A DNA stretch of 64,000 nucleotides from Phyllobates terribilis (Eukaryota), in the NCBI RefSeq assembly GCF_046119375.1, contig NW_027362761.1:753486001-753550000 (forward strand), written 5' to 3'. Below the pieces are notes generated by a model, which worked only from the letters and a program-made list of their open reading frames with translations, made no database searches and was not told the origin of the DNA. This document shows positions 60,504-64,000 of this stretch, piece by piece. A program made the position numbers and the translations under genes. Numbering within the stretch: the first letter of the stretch is position 1; each line of letters starts with the position of its first letter.

Positions 60504-63500
60504 ATGGGCAAGGCGCGTGGCCAGGGACGTGGAACTGGACGTTCTGGTGATGGTGCCTGCAGAGGATGGGGCCGTGGCCAAGGTGAAAATGTGCCACAAC
60601 CAACAGCCACATCTTCTCGCTCCCACTTCTTGACTGAATAACTAGGGAAGCACAGAACAACACCAGTATTGCGAACTGATCAGTGTGAACAGGTTATTAA
60701 TTGGATAGCAGATAATACTTCCAGTTACCTGGGCACCACCACCTCCGGTCTGACTTCCACACGGTCAAATCTTAGTAGACGTGAGTCTCGACCGCATACT
60801 CCTCCTCACCCTGATGCTCCTTCCTCCCACCATGCCAAGTGTCGTCAGACAGCAACTGATCCCACATTTGGACACTCTGAAGAACTGTTCACAGGTCCAT
60901 TTCCAGATTTGTGCCCCTCGCCTGCTCCACTTGAAGTGGTGGAAGAGGAGATCCCATGTAGCGATGCCCAAATATTTGAACAGCCATGGCCACAGGAAGT
61001 CGACGCTGGCAATTTGTCACAAGAGGTGGACGATGACGAGACACAATTGCCAGGAAGTGAGGAGGAGGATCGTGGTGCGCAAGTGGAAAAGGAGGAGGTG
61101 ATGGATGATCTAGTAACTGACCCCACGTGGCAGGAGGACATGCAGAGCGAGGCCAGCGGCACACAGGGTGAGAGAGGCAGAGTACCCCAACAGGCAGGAA
61201 GAAGCAGTGTGGTGGCCGCACACAGAAGGCGGACAACAGTTCCCCGTAACACCAACACGAGGAACGTTGCCAGTTCAACCTGTAGCTCTTCCAGAGTCTG
61301 GAATTTTTTTAAAGACTCTGCTGATAACACCAAAAAGGCCATTTGTACCACCTGCCACGCCAGCATCAGCAGGGGTGACAAAACTACCAGCCTGACCACC
61401 ACCAGCATGATCAGGCACATAGCAGCAAAGCACCCGACTTTGTGGGGCGAACCCCAGGGTCCACGACCAGTCTCAGCGGGTGTCACCACTGCTTCTTCCG
61501 CTGTTGTGCGTGCAATAGAACCCCCTGTTGTGTGTGCAAGGCAATCCCATTTCCATACTGCATGCAAAGATGCCCCCTCCTCTCAGTCTTCACTTGTTAT
61601 GGCAGTTTCTCAAGAAACAGCATCAATGTCCACGTCCACGTCTCACCGCTGCGTTCAATTGTCCATATCCCAGACCGTTGAACGAAAGCGGAAATTCGCA
61701 GCTAACGCCCCACAGGCCACAGTCCTAAATTCACACAATTTCACGACTGCTTGCGTTGGAAATGCTGCCTTTTAGGCTGGTGGAGACGGAATCCTTCCCC
61801 AACCGTATGGCAGTGGCGGTCCCTCGGTACTCGGTCCCCAGCCGACACTATTTTGCCCTGTGTGCCATCCCCGCACTACACAAGCACTTGTCCCAAAACA
61901 TCTGCCGTGCCCTCAACAACACAGTTACTGGGAGAGTCCACCTGACAACGGACACGTGGACAAGTGCTTGTGGCCAGTGACTGTACATCTCCCTGACGGC
62001 ACACTGGGTAAACATAGTGGAAGCCGGGATCCAGTCGGACCTTGGGACGGAACACATCCTCCCCACACCGAGGATTGCGGGCCCTATGTCAGTCAGAGTT
62101 GCCCCCACAGTGTACAGCTCCTGCGCATCATCCTTCTCCTACTCCTCATGTTCAGCCTCCATCTCAGATATCACCACATCAGTTACAAGCTGGAAGCACT
62201 GCAGTACTGCCTCCGCCAACCGGCAACAGGCTTTGCTGAAAATCATAAGCTTAGGTGAGAAACCTCACACTGCTTGTGAGTTGTGGACAACTGTGAAAGA
62301 GCAGGCAGATCTGTGGCTGACACCGCTGAACCTACGTCCAGGCATGGTCGTGTGTGACAATGGCCGTAACCTTGTGGCGGCTCTTAAGCGAGGCGAGATC
62401 ACACACGTACCATGCCTGGCTCATGTGCTTAACCTCGTGGTTCAGCGGTTTTTTAAATCGTACCCCGAGTTGCCAGATCTGCTCGTCAAAGTACGCCGCC
62501 TGTCAGCTCATTTTCGCAAGTGGGCTACAGCTTCCGCCGCCCTTGCTGTGTTGCAGCAGCGTTTGCAGCTTCCCGCACACCGACTGGTGTGTGATGTCCC
62601 CACACGTTGGAACTCTACCCTCCACATGTTGCAAAGGATTTGTGAGCAGAAGAGAGCAGTTGTTGGAGTACCAGCTGCAACAAGGCCGTCGATATTCAGG
62701 TCAGACTCCACACTTAAGACCTCAGGAGTAAACCTGAATGTCTGACATATGTACCATCTTGACAAACTTTGAGGAGTCCACCAAGATGGTGAGTGGCGAT
62801 GACGCCATCATTAGCGTCAGCATTCCACTTGTCTGTCTTTTGCAACGCTCTCTGCAGAGAATTAAAGAGGAGGCATTGCAGCCAGAGTATGATGAGATGG
62901 ATCAAGAAGCCATAGCGGTCGATTACACACAGCCCAGCCTCATCTCATGCCGACGTGCATTGAGGGACAATGAGGGAGAAGAGGAGGAGTAGGAGGAGGA
63001 AGAACAGGAGCTTGTATCATGCGCTGTAGACGGTAGTACCTGTACAACTGTCATACCGTCGGTTCAGCGTGGGTGGCCTGAGGACAGGGGGGAGGAGAAG
63101 GAGGAGAGCATGGTCTCAGTCGTCATCTTGGTGAGGACACGGAAGTCTTGCCCGTTACCAGTCTGGCACGCATGGCTGACTTTATGTTACGCTGCCTTAA
63201 CCGTGACCCTCGCATTGTCAAAATGTTGGGTGACAGTCATTACTGGTTGGTGACACTTTTAGACCCCCACTACAAGGAGAACTTTCACTCACTTATTCCT
63301 GAGGTGGAGAGGTCTACAAAAATGGGGCAGTACCAGAAGGCCCTTGCTGCAGAACTGTTAAAAAAATTCCCATCTGAACACGCTAGCGGCAGAGGTCACA
63401 GTTCGTTGCCCAACCAAGGCGTACATGCGAGAGAGACGCAACTCCAATCCAGCAGAGGCAGGGGAACACTGTCAACGTTCTGGGACAGTTTTCTCAGACC

Positions 63501-63864
63501 CTCCCATCGGACAGACCCTGAGGCGCGGGGTACTCTCACAAGGAGTGGAAAGTTTCAAAAGATGGTGAGGGAGTATCTTGCCAACCGTACCAGCGTCCTC
63601 CGTGATTCCTCTGTGCCTTTTAATTATTGGGTATCCAAGCTGGACACTTGGAATGAACTCGCTCTGTATGCATTGGAGGTCCTGGCCTGCCCTGCCGCTA
63701 GCGTGTTATCGGAGCGTGTTTTTAGTGCCGCTGGGGGAATTATAACTGATAAGCGCACTCGCCTGTCAACTGACAATGCTGACAAGCTGACCCTTATCAA
63801 GATGAACAAGGGCTGGATTGGGCCAGACTTCTCATCACCACCAAATGACAGCAGAGTAACATAA
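60504..63864 (+). pseudogene. hAT transposase copy B (full length, BED finger + DDE + dimerisation domain; several stops/frameshifts)
   Basis: BED finger VWNFF...AICTTC...MIRHIAAKHP; HLTTDTW, VCDNG, CLAH, PTRWNST, SERVFSAAG; in-frame TAA at 60639 and frameshifts at about 61740, 61980, 62670 and 63120. Confidence 0.92.
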
Positions 63865-64000
63865 AGTCAAATCCACTGTGTTATTTCGGTAGGTGTATTC
63901 ACATGCACCGTTTCACACCCACACATGGGTATATGCTTCCTCATTTTGGCTATTTTATGTTCTTCTCCTTATCCTCAGCCTCCACCACCACTATACCACC

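Overview
Eukaryotic, repeat-dominated genomic DNA; the transposon mix (Tc1, TTAA-targeting Kolobok/piggyBac-type and Harbinger-type MITEs, CR1, Rex1/Babar, Penelope, Gypsy, hAT) suggests a frog (anuran) genome, which is an inference. I could not support any host protein-coding gene, rRNA, tRNA gene or CRISPR array. From about 15 kb onward nearly everything is nested transposons: a TTAA-flanked piggyBac-type element holding a full-length CR1, a Tc1 and a MITE; a full-length Rex1/Babar LINE; three full-length and several partial Tc1 elements; a nearly intact second CR1; two diverged hAT transposase genes in tandem; and several minisatellites. The standout is a young, structurally complete 4.8-kb LTR element (33685-38495, minus strand) with a 4-bp TSD, near-identical 1.2-kb LTRs, a tRNA-Ser PBS and a PPT. 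It lacks protease, RT and integrase, and has no recognisable Gag. Its single intact ORF of about 598 aa ends in a Y-box-like cold-shock domain. Two decayed relatives in the window share its LTR termini: one carries Gag, the other an apparent remnant of the same 3' ORF. All three share a terminal hairpin with compensatory base changes.
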